A stretch of 64,000 nucleotides of DNA, taken from contig CM119264.1 of NCBI GenBank assembly GCA_051294375.1, positions 11,135,832-11,199,831 of the forward strand, given 5' to 3'. Shown here piece by piece: positions 36,027 to 50,443 of this stretch (position 1 is the stretch's first letter; every line of letters begins with the position of its first letter). The notes beneath the pieces are model-generated. The model was not told the origin of the DNA, ran no database searches, and saw only the letters and a list, made by a program, of their open reading frames with translations. A program made the translations under genes and the position numbers. Source of the DNA: Paraspadella gotoi (lineage: Eukaryota; Animalia; Chaetognatha).

Positions 36027-38868
36027 ATGGTTTCGGCGAAACCTTTGCGGATAAAGATAATCAGCATGGGGAACGCGGAAGTCGGGAAGAGTTGTCTCAT
36101 AAAGCGATATTGCGAGAAGAGATTCGTGAGCAAGGTAACGCCAGAGGGGAAGAAAACTAGAGTCGTAGCTTTAATAATTTACCTAATTTAGTAATTATTA
36201 TTTTTATTTTTTTTATTTTTTCCGCTTTTTTCTATTTCTTCGGGCTTTATTCCCCAACCATTAAATAATATTATATTAATATTATCAATGTGGTTAATAT
36301 TATTATATTATATTATTATATTATATCATGAGTATATTTACGTTCTTTATATGTCATTCTTTTTACGAGTAATTTTTAACTTTAGTCTTCTCAATGAAGA
36401 TAGATAATTCGATAGACTATGATTCCATAGATATTTCCTGGCTAATTAAGACGTGAAAACCACTTTTTTTCCGTTCGTATAAAACGAGCACCATCGGAAT
36501 TCAATCCTTTTTGGTCTTTTTATTAGCGTCGCCAGTACTGGAGGAAAAAAACTCTATAAGCCACTTTATTATATCTTAAATAATATTTGGTTGAAAAGTT
36601 ATATACTCCGAGATTCTTAATGTAAATAACTTTGTATATAGGTTTTATACTGTACAGTCGAATGATAATGTAAAAATACGACTACTTGTCCAGAAAGTCA
36701 TAGCATTGTAAATCATATAGTTAATATTTTGTAAAAAGGTAAGTTATCATTAAACTAGGGGTATATGTTATACTAAAATATTATTAGATGTTCCATCATC
36801 TGGAAAAGCGGCACAACTCATTGAAATTGCCATTTCATGTTTTCAAATCAGTACATGACCACAGTCGGTATCGACTTTGGGGTGACCAAGGTCAAGGCCA
36901 AGGATCGCGACCTCAAGATCAACATCTTCGATTTGGCAGGTCATCCAGTTTTCTACGACGTTAGGAACGAATTTTACAAAGGTAAGAACTTTCTTCATTT
37001 AATGACTTCGCACCCCTTGACGGAGCCTACGTTTGAAACTTATTCCGCTACCTCTCGCTCAATTAATTATTCAACATTGTACATTCATATTTAATTATTC
37101 AATCACGTTTATGACTGGCTTATCTTCTCCCACAGAAGGCGATACTAATTTCCTTCATTTTCCTCCGTATTTTTATCTTGAGATAAAGTTAATTTTCCTA
37201 TTTCTTTTTATCAGCAGATCCCGACTCTATATTATATATTATACTATAATTCACTTTGTCGGTCCGTCGGTCGCCCCCTCAACTCTTGTCGTGGCATTCA
37301 CTTTATATCAATGTTAGAATCCGAATTAGTGATAAATATGTAACGAAGAAAAGAAAAAAAGAAAGATGTTTGTCAGTCTCTGTCTGTCTGTTCTGTCTGT
37401 CCGTCGTCTGTCCGATCCTTTAAAAAAACACTAATTACTGCGCGACTGTGATTGGATGGATTAGAAATGAAATTTTGTGTGTGGAGGGAAGTGTGTAATT
37501 GATCTGTATATTGAAGTTTCGATGGAAACGTCGAGTGGAAATGAGTTTAAATGGAAAAAAATTATATTTCACTATTGACCCCCAATTACTCATGAGTGAA
37601 TGGGGCGATGACTTTAAATTTTGTATTTGTGTAGAAAAGTGTGTGTTAAAACTGGAAATTAGTTTGATGGAATCATTTGAGTGGAAATGAGTTAAATGGA
37701 AAAAAAAATAAAACCTGTTGCACTAATTAATTATGCTTCTTTTCTTTTATTTTAAATGTAAATGCAAATTTATTAATTAATTAATCATTAATTATTTAAA
37801 TTAATCAATCAAAACAAACATTTTGTATCAAATTAATTAATTAATTGCCTAATTAATTAAATAATTATACTTGAATGAATATAATTATTATTTAATTAAA
37901 TAATTAATAATTAATAAATCAATTACTTGAATAATTATAATTAATTAAATTAATAATTATAATTAATTATTTAAATTAAGATACGGATAACTGATCGTGG
38001 TAACAGATCCCCGACATTGTTGGCTCAGCTTGTTTCATAATAATTTTCAAAAGGTACCTCAGGCCGCGAAACAATTGAACATCGAACAATGTTCAATAAT
38101 AAATCTCCCTTCTCCTCTTTCCCTCCGGCAGACACTCAAGGGGCGGTGCTCGTCTACGACGTGTGTCGCCGCGACAGCTTCGAATCCCTCGATCTCTGGC
38201 TGGAGGAGATGAGGACCGAAATGGGCGGAGGGGCGGAGATGGGCAACGTCGTCTTCGCCGTCTGCGGGAACAAGACGGACAAAGGAAAAGCGAGGTACGA
38301 ACGGAGGAGGAAGAATGTCACTAGAACATCTCGACCTCACCCACTCTCTTCACATTTCCCGCTCTTGATCCAGAGTCGTGGAGGAGGCGGACGGGCGACT
38401 TTGGGCGCAGGGAAAGGGCTTCTACTTTTTCGAGACGTCCGCACTCTCGGGCGACGGGGTCTTCGAGATGTTCCAAACTCTCTTCGACGCCATCATAGGT
38501 AAACAACGAAAACTTCGTCTTGCGTTTAGCAAAAAGGAACAAAATCTTATTTTTAATGAATATGATTTAGGAAGAAAATTTCATCTTACTGTTTGTCCTA
38601 GGAAGGAACGTAGTGACTGAATAATTTTTAAAAGTGTATTAATGAACAATTATATCGACTATCCGACCATCGGTATTCAAGAAGGAGACCAGGATCTCAA
38701 TATCTCAATTTAACTGTAAAACGAGTTCCAATTGTGTGTATTGACTCTTGAGCGATGGAGTGGTGAAAAGATGAAAAAATTGATTTATCTAACAACATTT
38801 TTGTTGCATTTGTATGTCGACAAATTATTTTACAACAACAAGGTAACAATATCAGAAATAATATTTTT

Positions 38869-38923
<55 letters not shown>

Positions 38924-40752
38924 TGAATGAATGAATGAATAAATGAATGAATGAATAAATAAACGGAATGGGCAGTGGGCACGCTACTTGCGGCCTATAT
39001 GACCTTTTAGTCACATTAAAATGTTCTTACGACGGTCAAAGAAAAAAAATGCTGTCCTGAGAATGTTCTGTCTTGAATAATTATTTTATATCGTAAGGAT
39101 TCCCAGATAATTCTTAATTTAATGGTGTAAATATATTTTAATAATTTTAAGTAATTAATAAGTAATTAATTTATAATGATTTTCCTTTGTTATAAGATTC
39201 AGTTTTTTATTGAAGATGAAATTGGATGACCATTAAAGAAAGGTTGTTTTAAATTTTATCTTAATCTTATGAAATTAAAATATAATAAACGTCCAGTTCT
39301 TTGGTATAGAATGAGAAAAGAAAATTGTAAAAATATTTATCCAATGAGAAATGGTACGCATTTTTTTGGTCTCACTCGCGAACGGACACTGGGTATTAAA
39401 ATTCAGTTTGATTTTGCAGGACAAAGACCTAAAAACCATGTGTCACACCACTCTTCAAGACGAAGAAGAGAGAGAGAGTCTTTGAATGCTTCTATCAGTT
39501 ATGACAAAGAACTAATTACCAAGATAATTGGGAAAAAACGTGTGAAAACAATTTTTTTCTCGACGTTCTCTAAAAATTGTTTCTGCGTTTGGCGGTTAAT
39601 AATTGTTTTAATGATGATTCAATTTCTTGTTAATATAGATAAAGACATAATTTTAAAAATCGGAAATTCGCTGGAGATGAAAAAAAAGAGTAAAAAATAT
39701 TTAATCTCTTTGTCAAAAAAATGAATAAATATTGAACGTGATCTTGACGGTTATTTCCAGTTATACGATGAAAGACGAAAGACAATTTTGGTCTAAGTAA
39801 GTATATAAAAAACCCAACCTGAGAGAGAGAGAGAGAGAGAAGAGAGTTTAAAGTCCCTATACTGTAACAAGATAATGACCAAGCAGGTCCCTGCAAGCTT
39901 TCAATCAAGACTCTCTCACAGTCTCGTTTATTCACTCCCAGAGCATCTGGCTTCCCTATCAATGAAGAGTTATAATGTTTCAAAGAATGTTTCAATTGTA
40001 TGAAAAGACCACTCCCTTAAGTATTAGATCGGGAAATGCTATATCGTACTCCCAGAATCAAAATATTTGAAATTTATGAAATTTATGAAATTGATACAAC
40101 CAATATAAAAAGTTATCTATGAAGAGACAGTAATTATTGTTATATGTTATTTCAATATAAGCAGTCCCTGAGCTTCGGATCGTGCAACACCGTGTTACAG
40201 GCGGGTTAAGCTGATGAATGGTTGGTGGATTTTAGTCCACCATATCTATTATTTTATTCTTATTTTTCCCACGCTATTTTTTTTGGGATCTCAAACACAC
40301 TTTATAACCACGAGTGTTTTCATTTACTTATCGATAGGTGCGCTGGAGAACGGTGGTAAACCAATACCTGTCGAGACAACCCTGGGTTACACAAAAGAAC
40401 AAGCTGAGGCAATCCACAAGATAAAATCTGCTCGTGACAATTACGAAAAATTGGGTAGGCTGTAAATATAAAAGTTGTAAGTTCATTGTTGTTTGTCTCT
40501 TGTCAATAAACACCAGTCGTTAATTGGTTTGAAGGAAACGACATAATTAAAAAAAAATAGTTAATATGATTATGAACTTGCGGCTCATTTTGATCAGGAT
40601 TGCGGTGTGGCGCGACAGCCGATGAGATCAATCGCGCTTACCGAAAGTTGTCGCTGCTGTTGCATCCGGACAAAAGCGTCGCTCCGGGAAGCGAAGAGGC
40701 CTTCAAGCAGCTCGGACTCGCCCGAACCGCCCTTCTACAGCAACTCAGTTGA
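36027..40752 (+). CDS. DNAJC27: DnaJ homolog subfamily C member 27 (RBJ; Ras-like GTPase plus J domain), 6 exons
   Basis: RIKIISMGNAEVGKSCLIKRYCEKRFVSK, YMTTVGIDFGVTK, FDLAGHPVFYDVRNEFYK (His in place of the switch II Gln, as in the RJL family), VCGNKTD, FETSALSG, GYTKEQAEAI and a J domain AYRKLSLLLHPDKSVAPGSEEAFK. Confidence 0.95.
37200..38035 (+). mobile_element. HINE-like family D element
   Basis: Reverse-orientation relative of 5509-6380: CAGCAGATCCCGACTCTAT, GTCTGTCCGTC microsatellite, ...CAGATCCCCGACATTGTTGGCTCAGCTTGTT. Confidence 0.65.
40083..40244 (-). mobile_element. Family A copy 4, internally deleted (tRNA head lost) and fused to the family C terminus
   Basis: On the minus strand: TATGGTGGACTAAAATCCAC...CTGTAACACGGTGTTG...GATCCGAAGCTCAGGGACTGC...GTCTCTTCATAGATAACTTTTTATATTGGTTGTATCAATTTCATAA. 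Confidence 0.75.
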
Positions 40753-41742
40753 CCAATGACCATTGTTCATTCCAAAAACTGGGACCTTTAATATTTTTTT
40801 CACCATTGTACTTCCTTACAACTCCCTCTGCCAACTCACAAGAAATGAATGTTTTTCTCTGTATGGATCTGCTTTTCTACCCAAGTTGTTTTAATCGTTG
40901 AATTTGCTCTTTAAGATGTTTTTATTACACTAATAATAAAATAAATGTATTGAATAATCATTATATTATTATAATATGAATTAATTAGTACAAAATTTAA
41001 AATTAATCAAGTTAATTTTTTTAACCACTTAGCAGATAATTAGAAATTGAGCGCGCGTTGTCTATTGTCTGAATAACTCCACCTGCCTACGTTTTTCTCA
41101 AAATAAACAAATGCAACTCGCGTTTTTATTTCCAGATTGAGGTTATATTTCGGAGGCTCCATTAATGAAACAAGCACGAATGCAAAGACTAGCCACAATA
41201 ATTTAATAAAAAGGCAGTAGTAATTCACAATGATGCGGACGATTTTGTTTTTATTTTTAAGACGGGAAAATGTAAATAGGTATGTGTGCGATTATTTCAG
41301 AAACTTCTCCATTAAACTTTTTGACGATTTCCGTATCTCCTAATTATTACACAAGTTTGCTTTTTGCTGAGAAAAGAGAACGATTATATCGGCCTTCGGA
41401 CCATGATAATTGTAGAGTTATTATTAAGATTCGAATAATAAGTATTAAATCATTTACGCGTTTTAAAAGTACATTGGCTGACGTTTGAAAACCGTCTTCT
41501 CATCGGGTGCAAAGAAATCGGATTGTTAAATTAATCAATGATGTAGTAAACGAATAAATTACAGAATGCCTCTGGAGGTCAACGACGACAAAAAACGGAA
41601 CAACAGTGCTCATTTTTTTTTCTTCCGTGACCTTTGTACAAATGAGCCTCGGTAATTAATTTTAACGAAACATGATTCGCCTCTATCGAGGACCGTCGTG
41701 ATTGATTGTTGGGTCACCCAATCATTGACGAAAAGGGCAAAT

Positions 41743-44700
41743 CTATCGCGAGTGGTCGCTTTGAACGTCGGTGGCGTCGGCGGAATCGATGCGGCTGGAA
41801 AGCCTCGTCGACGCCTTCGCCAACTCCGTCGCTAAATCTCGTCGAAATCCGTCGATGGAGTCGCACGAGTCGGAGCGGGAGGCTGAAAGAAAGTCAAACC
41901 ATTTTTTTTTTAAATTTCTTTTCCTCTCAAAGATTTTTCTTTTTCTTTTCTTTCTATTTTCTTTCCTTTTATTTATTTTTTTACTCATTGCTTTTCTTTC
42001 TTTCTTTTCATTTACTTTTTCTTTCGGTCCTTTTCTTTCTTTTCCTATCCTATCTTATCCTAATACTTCGCTGCTTTCATATTGAACCTAAAAAGAAATA
42101 TTTCGAATCCCAAATAATTCTTAATGTTTAATCCTTCTCGAGCACTCACCCATAACTCACCCAAATCACGGCTCCATCGCTTCTCCACCGAAGGAGGATC
42201 ACCGCTCGACGCCATGTTGGCGTCATCATCGTCATCATCTTCGTCCTCGTCGTTGTCGACGTCATTTTCATCGCTATCTTCGTTGTCTCCCTCTCCCTCC
42301 GACCATGACTCGTGCCAAGAGTTCTTCATCTAAAAACAAATAAAAGTTTAAAATGAAGGTTAATAAACGAAATTAAAATCTAAAACTAAAAATTTAGATA
42401 AAATAAAAATATTAAATTCCCCTCGATGAAAGGCTTCTTGTCAACCGAAAGTCAGTTTCGGCTGAATGATAACGGAGCGAACATACTATAGATTACATTT
42501 TACAGAATATAAACACGCAAGATTTGTCAGATTGTTTATTGCTCAATGCTAATGGTAAACTTAAAGCAATCGCTTTACTCTATCCAACCTTTTTTCACCG
42601 CATCACCTTTTCGATCTCAATTCCTCGCGGCGCTCCGGAGTCGTTTGCCGGGTGCCCGTCGAGGCAATCCAGGAGCGCCGCGTTGGCGGCGGCGTCATCG
42701 TCTATTTTTGTCGGCGCCCTTTCTTCCGTCGGCGTTCGCATCAAAGCGGCCTCGTCGCTCGTCGACGATTCGACGCCAATGTCGAGGCGAAGACGATCGG
42801 CGAGGCGGCGAGAGCGAGTGGCGCTGGAAGGAGGCGCGGCGCCCGCCAGAGCAAAGTTAACGACGACCTCGTTGTTGTTGTTTTGAATGGCGTTCCCGTT
42901 GTTGAAGTCGGTCGCGTTCAAGTTGACGGGGAGGTTGGGATTCGATGTCTGGAAGACGAATAAAAGTTTATTAAAAAAATCAATACTATTTTTTTCAATA
43001 TGAACTCGAGGAAAAACTAAATTACAGGAAAAAGCAGATAAGACATACGATATTAATTAAAAAAGTTAGGAAATAAATCTGGGAGACAAAAGAAAAAGTA
43101 AAGGAGAGAGAAGAAATATACGAAAGAAAACCATCGGATTGCGGAGCGAAGTCCAAATACAATTTAATGAGACGGAAAGAGGAAAGAAAACAAAGGTGAT
43201 GTCCCAGTTGAGACTTTGACCGAACGGTCAACCGGAAACGGTCGAGGGGCAATCCCGTCATCGATTCCTATTACTAGTATTAGTGGGTGTGGCAAAGAAA
43301 ACAAGCAAACTTACCCGCGCGAGGGTGGAGGTTTCGCCGTTCCCCCCGAGTACGAGGTTGGCGTTGCGCTCGTCCGACTCCAGAATAGTTTCGCCCCCGA
43401 CGGTCGAGGAGTTCGTCATTTGACAGGAGCACGTCATGCAATCGCCCGCCGACTCGTAACCATGGCAACAAGAGGAGCACTGGGACGCCGTCAGTGCCGA
43501 GCATTCGGACAGAAAGCTCCCGGTCAAATTGCTCCCGGTCATGTTGCTGGCCGTCATCAAACTTTGAAACGGAGAGAAAATAGGTCATAGTAGTATAAAC
43601 AATTATTATTACTATTAGTCGGATCAAGTTTGGTGCGGAAAGGAAAACAATTCTCACCTGCTGGTCATGGCCGTGTTGCTGTCGTTGCGTCGGTAGGCGT
43701 TGAGGATATCGTTGATGTTGACTTCGGACGCGTTGGAGGATTCGTTGGAGATCTGGCGGAGGACGGCGAGCGTCGGGTCCTGGTATTTGAAGTTGGCCGC
43801 GGGCGGGGAGACGAGATCCGCTGCGAAAAGAAAAAAACCAAAATTGAAGAATCGATCTTAATTTAACGATTTGCACCACAGAATCTTGACACAGAATTAG
43901 CTGACCAATTAATTAACTAACCCGTCACGTTTCTGTTCTCTTCGGGGGGCGTTCCAGGTGACATGGGTTCCGCCGCGTCCTTGACTTTTGATTCCTCTCC
44001 GATTTCTGCTCGTCCACGCTTTGGCAGCTCAATTGTCCTGCGCGCGTCGCCGTCGTTGGTGGTTCCGCTGGGGCTGCTTCCGCCGCCGCTGCCGACGCCG
44101 CCGACTTTGACGATTTATGCGGACTGCGCCTGCGCGAACCGCGGTGCCGCGTCGAAGGAGACGACGGCGTCTTGTTCGGGCGTTGTCGACGTTGGTCTCC
44201 GCCGTGCGTGTGTTGTGGAGAAGTCGGGGTAGCGGATGCGGGGAGGGGTGGTCGCGTTGGTGACGAAGGGGTGCCGGTTTTGGTCGGGCCGGTTTCCACA
44301 GGGCCTTTCGTTTCTGACGCAAAAAGACCGTTAATACTAGAGAATGTCCAAAAGTTATTTTTTTCATTTTGTATCCGTGAATCGGAATATTTTGCTTGTT
44401 CACTTTTCCTTACCTTTTGAATTTTTGGCGCCGCTTCCGTCACGATGACGGGAGGAGCAAGTGTGGTGCTTGTGATGGTGATGATGATGATGGTGATGTC
44501 GTTGACGTCGACTCCGGTCAAAACTCGCGCTAACTTCTCTCCTCCGTTTCGTTCTCTTTTTCTGTAGCAAATAATATTAAAAGATATTAAAATATATTAT
44601 TGTATTTAATATTTTATTTTATTTTATTAAATATCAAATAAAACGTAGCAAATAAGACTAAAAGATATTAAAATATATTATTGTATTTAATATTTTATTT

Positions 44701-46754
44701 TATTTTATTCAATATCAAATAAAACGTTAGTCAAACTTGAAAACTAACTTACCCGCTCCTTCGTCGGCTTTCTTCGATGGCGACAGTTTGGAATTCGGAC
44801 GCAGGAGTCGCTTTTGCACTTTGGCGCACTGTTGAAGCTGTTGCTCTTTCCTGGAATTGAATGCAAGAACCTTATTCCATTATGAGGACCTTCAACAATC
44901 TCAAGCAACACTCTCATCTAACCTCAACCAGTTATTTCCATTAACGTTGGTATAATTATAAACGAGCTTTCATCACCTCGCATTGTAAGTCCGATTCAAT
45001 AAGTTTTATTCACTGAAGCACATATCGAGAGACCATTTTCATCAATTCACTTCACAAATTGACTTTCCTGCATTCACAGTCCCTCTTACTCACTTCAGCA
45101 AATCCCTTTCTCGACACTCCAGCTGCAGCATGACGGTGCTGAGTTCCATGTAGAGGTTGTTGGCGCGCGCCAATTTTCGCTCGTAGTGTTCCCTGACGTC
45201 CTGCGCGTGACGCAGTTCTTCGCGACGCCTCTTGACGAGGTCTTCCTCTCCGCGCGGAAGGTGCGCGCCCGAAGTCTTGATCTTCGCCATCTGCTCCGCG
45301 ATCTTTTAAATTGGAAAGAGGAAAGAGAGGTAAATTATTTAATTGTTACTGTATGTATTATTCCATTACTAAATACTAGATAGACCTTTAAAACTCAAGC
45401 AAAAATTTTTCTATAAACTGATTATTTTTTTGTTTTCTGACTGTACTTTTTAAATGAAAATTTGCAAATTACTTGTTTCACTATTTTACTATTTTTCTAA
45501 TTAATATTTTAATATTTTTATGAAGGATTTAGTATTTAATCTATATTATTTAATCAATATATATATATATATAATATATAAAAATATATAAATATAATTG
45601 CCAATGGCAATTTGCCATTCAAATTTGTCATTCCCATTCTTCATTGAGGATTCTCGGTTCTGAAATCCAACAATCCCGCATTCCCACCTCCTCCTTCCAG
45701 GTGGCCTGATCCGCGAAGTACTGCTCCTGGGTCAGCCCCGTCAGCTCCGTCGCCGCGATGTCCACGTGCATCTGGATCTGCTTGAAGGAGGGTCGGTTCC
45801 GCGCCTTCGAGTTCCAACACATCTTCATGAGCAGCTTGAAGCCTTCGGGGCAGGTGGTGGGGACGGGTAGGTGGAGGGAGTTCGAACCAACCCCCCAGAT
45901 GATCGCCGACGAATCCACGTCCTTGTAGGGGGTCTCGCCAGTCAAGAGTTCCCAGAGAACGACACCGAAAGACCTGGAGGAATCGAGGATGACGAAAGGA
46001 AACGATTGATTGATTGCCAGCTACGTTGATGTACGGACAGTGTAAGGGAGACTCACCAGACGTCGACTTTCTCGGAGCAGGGTTCGTTGCGGATGACCTC
46101 CGGCGCCATCCAAGCCACGGTTCCAGCGAAGGACATCTTCGTCGACTTCTCGTTCCACATCCTGGAAGTCCCGAAGTCGGAGATCTTGATGACGTCGTTT
46201 TCGGCCACGAGAATGTTGGGAGATTTCAGGTCTCTGGAGGAAGGGATTGGTTGATTAAAGAAACGAAGAAGTAGATAAAAAGTAAACGACAAAACGCAAA
46301 CATTCAGATTAAGATGGTTACCTGTGAATGAGCTTCTGCGTGTGCAAGTACTGCATTCCCGAGACGACCTGCTTGGTCCAGTTCACCACCAATCCCGGGG
46401 CAATCTGCTTGCCGTCGCGAAGAATCTCGTACAATTGTCCGTAAGGACAGTACTCCATGATGATGCAGTAGCATGGGGCTTGGGTGCAGACACCCCTGGT
46501 GAGAAGAATCGGATTCAAAAGATGGAATGATGAAAAGAAAAAAAAAGAAAGAAAGAAAGAAACGAACTTGAAAGAGATGACGTTAGGGTGGTTGAGTTTC
46601 CTCAAATTTCTGATCTCCGTCTCCGCGAGATTTCGCACTTTCTTCACGGCCACCAACTCGTCCTTGAGCTCGCCGAGGAAGACGGCGCCCTGCGCTCCGG
46701 ATCCCAACCACTGGAGATCGGTGATCGTTTCGAAGGGAATCTCCCAGTCATCGC
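41743..46754 (-). CDS. MAP3K13: Dual leucine zipper kinase (MAP3K12/13, Wallenda/DLK-1 family): kinase domain, zippers and C-terminal tail
   Basis: [121 protein letters not shown] and [32 protein letters not shown]3K12 versus 13 cannot be resolved; invertebrates typically have one co-ortholog. Confidence 0.93.
44564..44726. repeat. Tandem duplication of an ~81-bp AT-rich unit
   Basis: GTAGCAAATAA...TATCAAATAAAAC occurs twice head to tail in a MAP3K13 intron. Confidence 0.85.
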
Positions 46755-47372
46755 CTGGCGAGGAGAGTACAGGTGGAAGGGGAGGGGGCGCGGTTAATGA
46801 AAAGTGTTGCCACAGGAAAATAGATAAGAATTAAATAATTCGTCATAGTAGCTACCCTAAGTCTTCTACTTGTCGTGTGAGTCGTAGTCTGTTGTAGACG
46901 AATTTAAAAAAAAAAAGAATATAATAGATTTGAAAAATAAGAAGTATATAATAAAATAAGGAAAAAGTATTTTGGTCCTGTAAAACGAGTAAAGAAAGTA
47001 AAGTGAAACCTCGATCGGTAATTGAATCTCGCTCGGGGACGCGGCAAGGGAGAGCGAGACGTTTTGTTTGTTTTTGAGAAAGGTTTGCGTTGCCATGGAA
47101 ACCGACTGGCGACGCCTTCGTATAAAATTTCGTGGGCGAAATTACATTCCCCAAATTTCATTAAGGAAAAGTTAATTCGATCATAGGATCGGGGACGGCG
47201 GCTGCGGCGGCAGCGACTGCTGCGGCTACGGCTGCGACGGCGGTGCGCGGGTCGCGTGCATGATGGCGCCAGGACACGTGTCGTCGCGTCTCCTGGACTT
47301 TTTCTTTAATCTTGAAAAAAAAAACATATCCGTCAGACCGCCAATACGGAGATGAGGTCACGTGCCATTCTC

Positions 47373-47444
<72 letters not shown>

Positions 47445-48313
47445 TCCACACACAAAGCTTAAATTAATGCTCTTTATTGAATCTAATTGAAAAAAGGAAG
47501 GAAAGAATTTTTTTGGGGGGGAAACCTTAATCGATATCTGTTATACATAACTATAATTAATGTAACGCATCAACGACGTTAACATAAATAAGTTCATGTA
47601 TTCTTATTTTCCACTCTTTTTTTGCAATGTTTTATTTGTAAACAAACGAATTAAAACGAAAAACTAAAATGAAAATAAAAAGTTGATAAACCAAGATGAT
47701 AATCATAATGGAAACCAGGAACGAAGAAACCGCAGCAGATATTGCGTCGAGAGAAAAAGAAAGAAAAAAAAGTTTTTATTGCTTTTTAATTACGTTTCTC
47801 GTTTTAATTTGCAAGGAGGAGGCAAGCTCTCTCACGGGGGACGGAAGAAAGGACGAGTTCACGTTAGTTGGAAAAAAAAGTTATATTCTTAGCGAGATGT
47901 AATCGTTTTAATACTTTATGTAATTACGAGCGATTAAACCTATTTTTTTTATATGTAATGAATGAATGGAGAATCATTGGAATTTAGAAAATTTCAAGTC
48001 GGCTATTTTTTTTTCTTGTACAACGAGAGAAGGCGAAAAACGACCAACCTACTATAAAGAAAAACTAAGAAATGATCTCTTTCTCACGACCATCTGGACA
48101 ATTTGCTCGTTGGATTGCGAAGCCTTTTCACTGTGACGATAGTGACGCCGATGCCTTAGTAAACTTTCTCATCGTCGTTGTCGTCGTTGTCGTCGTTTTC
48201 GTCGTTGTCGTCACCCTTTTTCGACTTCGGCCTTCGCAACTGCATCAAAATGATTTATCCCCAAATTCGAGGCCAGTCAAAGTCAGCGAGTTGAAAACCT
48301 CTTCAAGAGACAG

Positions 48314-48389
<76 letters not shown>

Positions 48390-50443
48390 TTTCTGTATAC
48401 ACTACAAAATAAAATACAAATCATGGATTAATTCGAAGGAAATTAAATTTTTGTGGTGGAAAAAAGACGCGTGCCATTTCCCCAGGGTGTCGTCGTCGTT
48501 TTCGTCGTCGTCTTCATCGTCGTCGTCTTAATCGTCAACACCATCGCGAAGCCGATATTATCGTCGTTGTCATTATCTTAATCGCTGTACACATTGTTGA
48601 GTTCCCTTTAGTTGTATCGTTATCTTTACAATATTTTTTCCGTTTTAAAACGTCAGTGTAAACGTCTTGGAAGTCCTTGTCATCATTCTCGATCATCGTC
48701 TCGATCTTTTCTCCGTTTGTGTCATCTTATTCGATTGTCGTCGTCATTTTCGTCGTCGCTGTCGGGATCGTCGCCTTCGNNNNNNNNNNNNNNNNNNNNN
48801 NNNNNNNNNNNNNNNNNNNNNNNNNNNNNNNNNNNNNNNNNNNNNNNNNNNNNNNNNNNNNNNNNNNNNNNNNNNNNNNNNNNNNNNNNNNNNNNNNNNN
48901 NNNNNNNNNNNNNNNNNNNNNNNNNNNNNNNNNNNNNNNNNNNNNNNNNNNNNNNNNNNNNNNNNNNNNNNNNNNNNNNNNNNNNNNNNNNNNNNNNNNN
49001 NNNNNNNNNNNNNNNNNNNNNNNNNNNNNNNNNNNNNNNNNNNNAGTAAAGGTGGTAGGGAGAAGTGGATAATTTAAAGTGTTGGTGTTAGGTATTAGTA
49101 TCGAATGATATACTAAGGTGGAACGGATTAAAATGTAAAATATTAAAAAGGTTTGAAAGATGTACATGAGCAAANNNNNNNNNNNNNNNNNNNNNNNNNN
49201 NNNNNNNNNNNNNNNNNNNNNNNNNNNNNNNNNNNNNNNNNNNNNNNNNNNNNNNNNNNNNNNNNNNNNNNNNNNNNNNNNNNNNNNNNNNNNNNNNNNN
49301 NNNNNNNNNNNNNNNNNNNNNNNNNNNNNNNNNNNNNNNNNNNNNNNNNNNNNNNNNNNNNNNNNNNNNNNNNNNNNNNNNNNTTTTTTCATAAAAATAT
49401 TAAGGTGATGGAATGACTCAACAGTTGAGCATTCCAATCCAAACACTTTTCGCTTTTTCGTCTTCATCAAAAATCGAAANNNNNNNNNNNNNNNNNNNNN
49501 NNNNNNNNNNNNNNNNNNNNNNNNNNNNNNNNNNNNNNNNNNNNNNNNNNNNNNNNNNNNNNNNNNNNNNNNNNNNNNNNNNNNNNNNNNNNNNNNNNNN
49601 NNNNNNNNNNNNNNNNNNNNNNNNNNNNNNNNNNNNNNNNNNNNNNNNNNNNNNNNNNNNNNNNNNNNNNNNNNNNNNNNNNNNNNNNNNNNNNNNNNNN
49701 NNNNNNNNNNNNNNNNNNNNNNNNNNNNNNNNNNNNNNNNNNNNNNNNNTTTCGCTTATGACGAGGCGAGAATTCCATTTTTGACAAGAGCCACTTAATT
49801 TCGGATTCCATTCCCTCGGTCGGCACGCGTTTCTTGGTTTTGGAGGAAAACAACGTGTTGCTTTATTTATGGAATCTTAAGGTTTAATTTATAGCCATAA
49901 AAAAAATTAGTAGTTAATTTTTAACTTCAACCACTTTATAAAAACTTCTTCTGGCATCTGATCTGATTTTTCATTAACCTCTTTGAATTTCTACTGAGAT
50001 GAGACAACATTTTTGTCTGACTACCCGGAACAAGGAATGTTGTGTCAAANNNNNNNNNNNNNNNNNNNNNNNNNNNNNNNNNNNNNNNNNNNNNNNNNNN
50101 NNNNNNNNNNNNNNNNNNNNNNNNNNNNNNNNNNNNNNNNNNNNNNNNNNNNNNNNNNNNNNNNNNNNNNNNNNNNNNNNNNNNNNNNNNNNNNNNNNNN
50201 NNNNNNNNNNNNNNNNNNNNNNNNNNNNNNNNNNNNNNNNNNNNNNNNNNNNNNNNNTCTTCTCTACTCCCTCTGAAAGCTAAACGGCGAGAAGCTCACT
50301 GGAAGAGTGATCTTTGACCTCCATCTGTCCGGAATGGGAATTTGAAGCGCCTTTGATTAATGACGCGGAATAGAACGAGAGAGAGTGAGAGAGAGAGAGA
50401 AAAAGAGAGAGAGCGAGAGAGAGCGAGCTGCTCCATAGATTAC

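Noticed and set aside
48612-50317. ORFs running through N gaps, and poly-RE, poly-SL and poly-I ORFs elsewhere
   Set aside because: Artefacts of Ns and of (GA)n or (AAT)n repeats.
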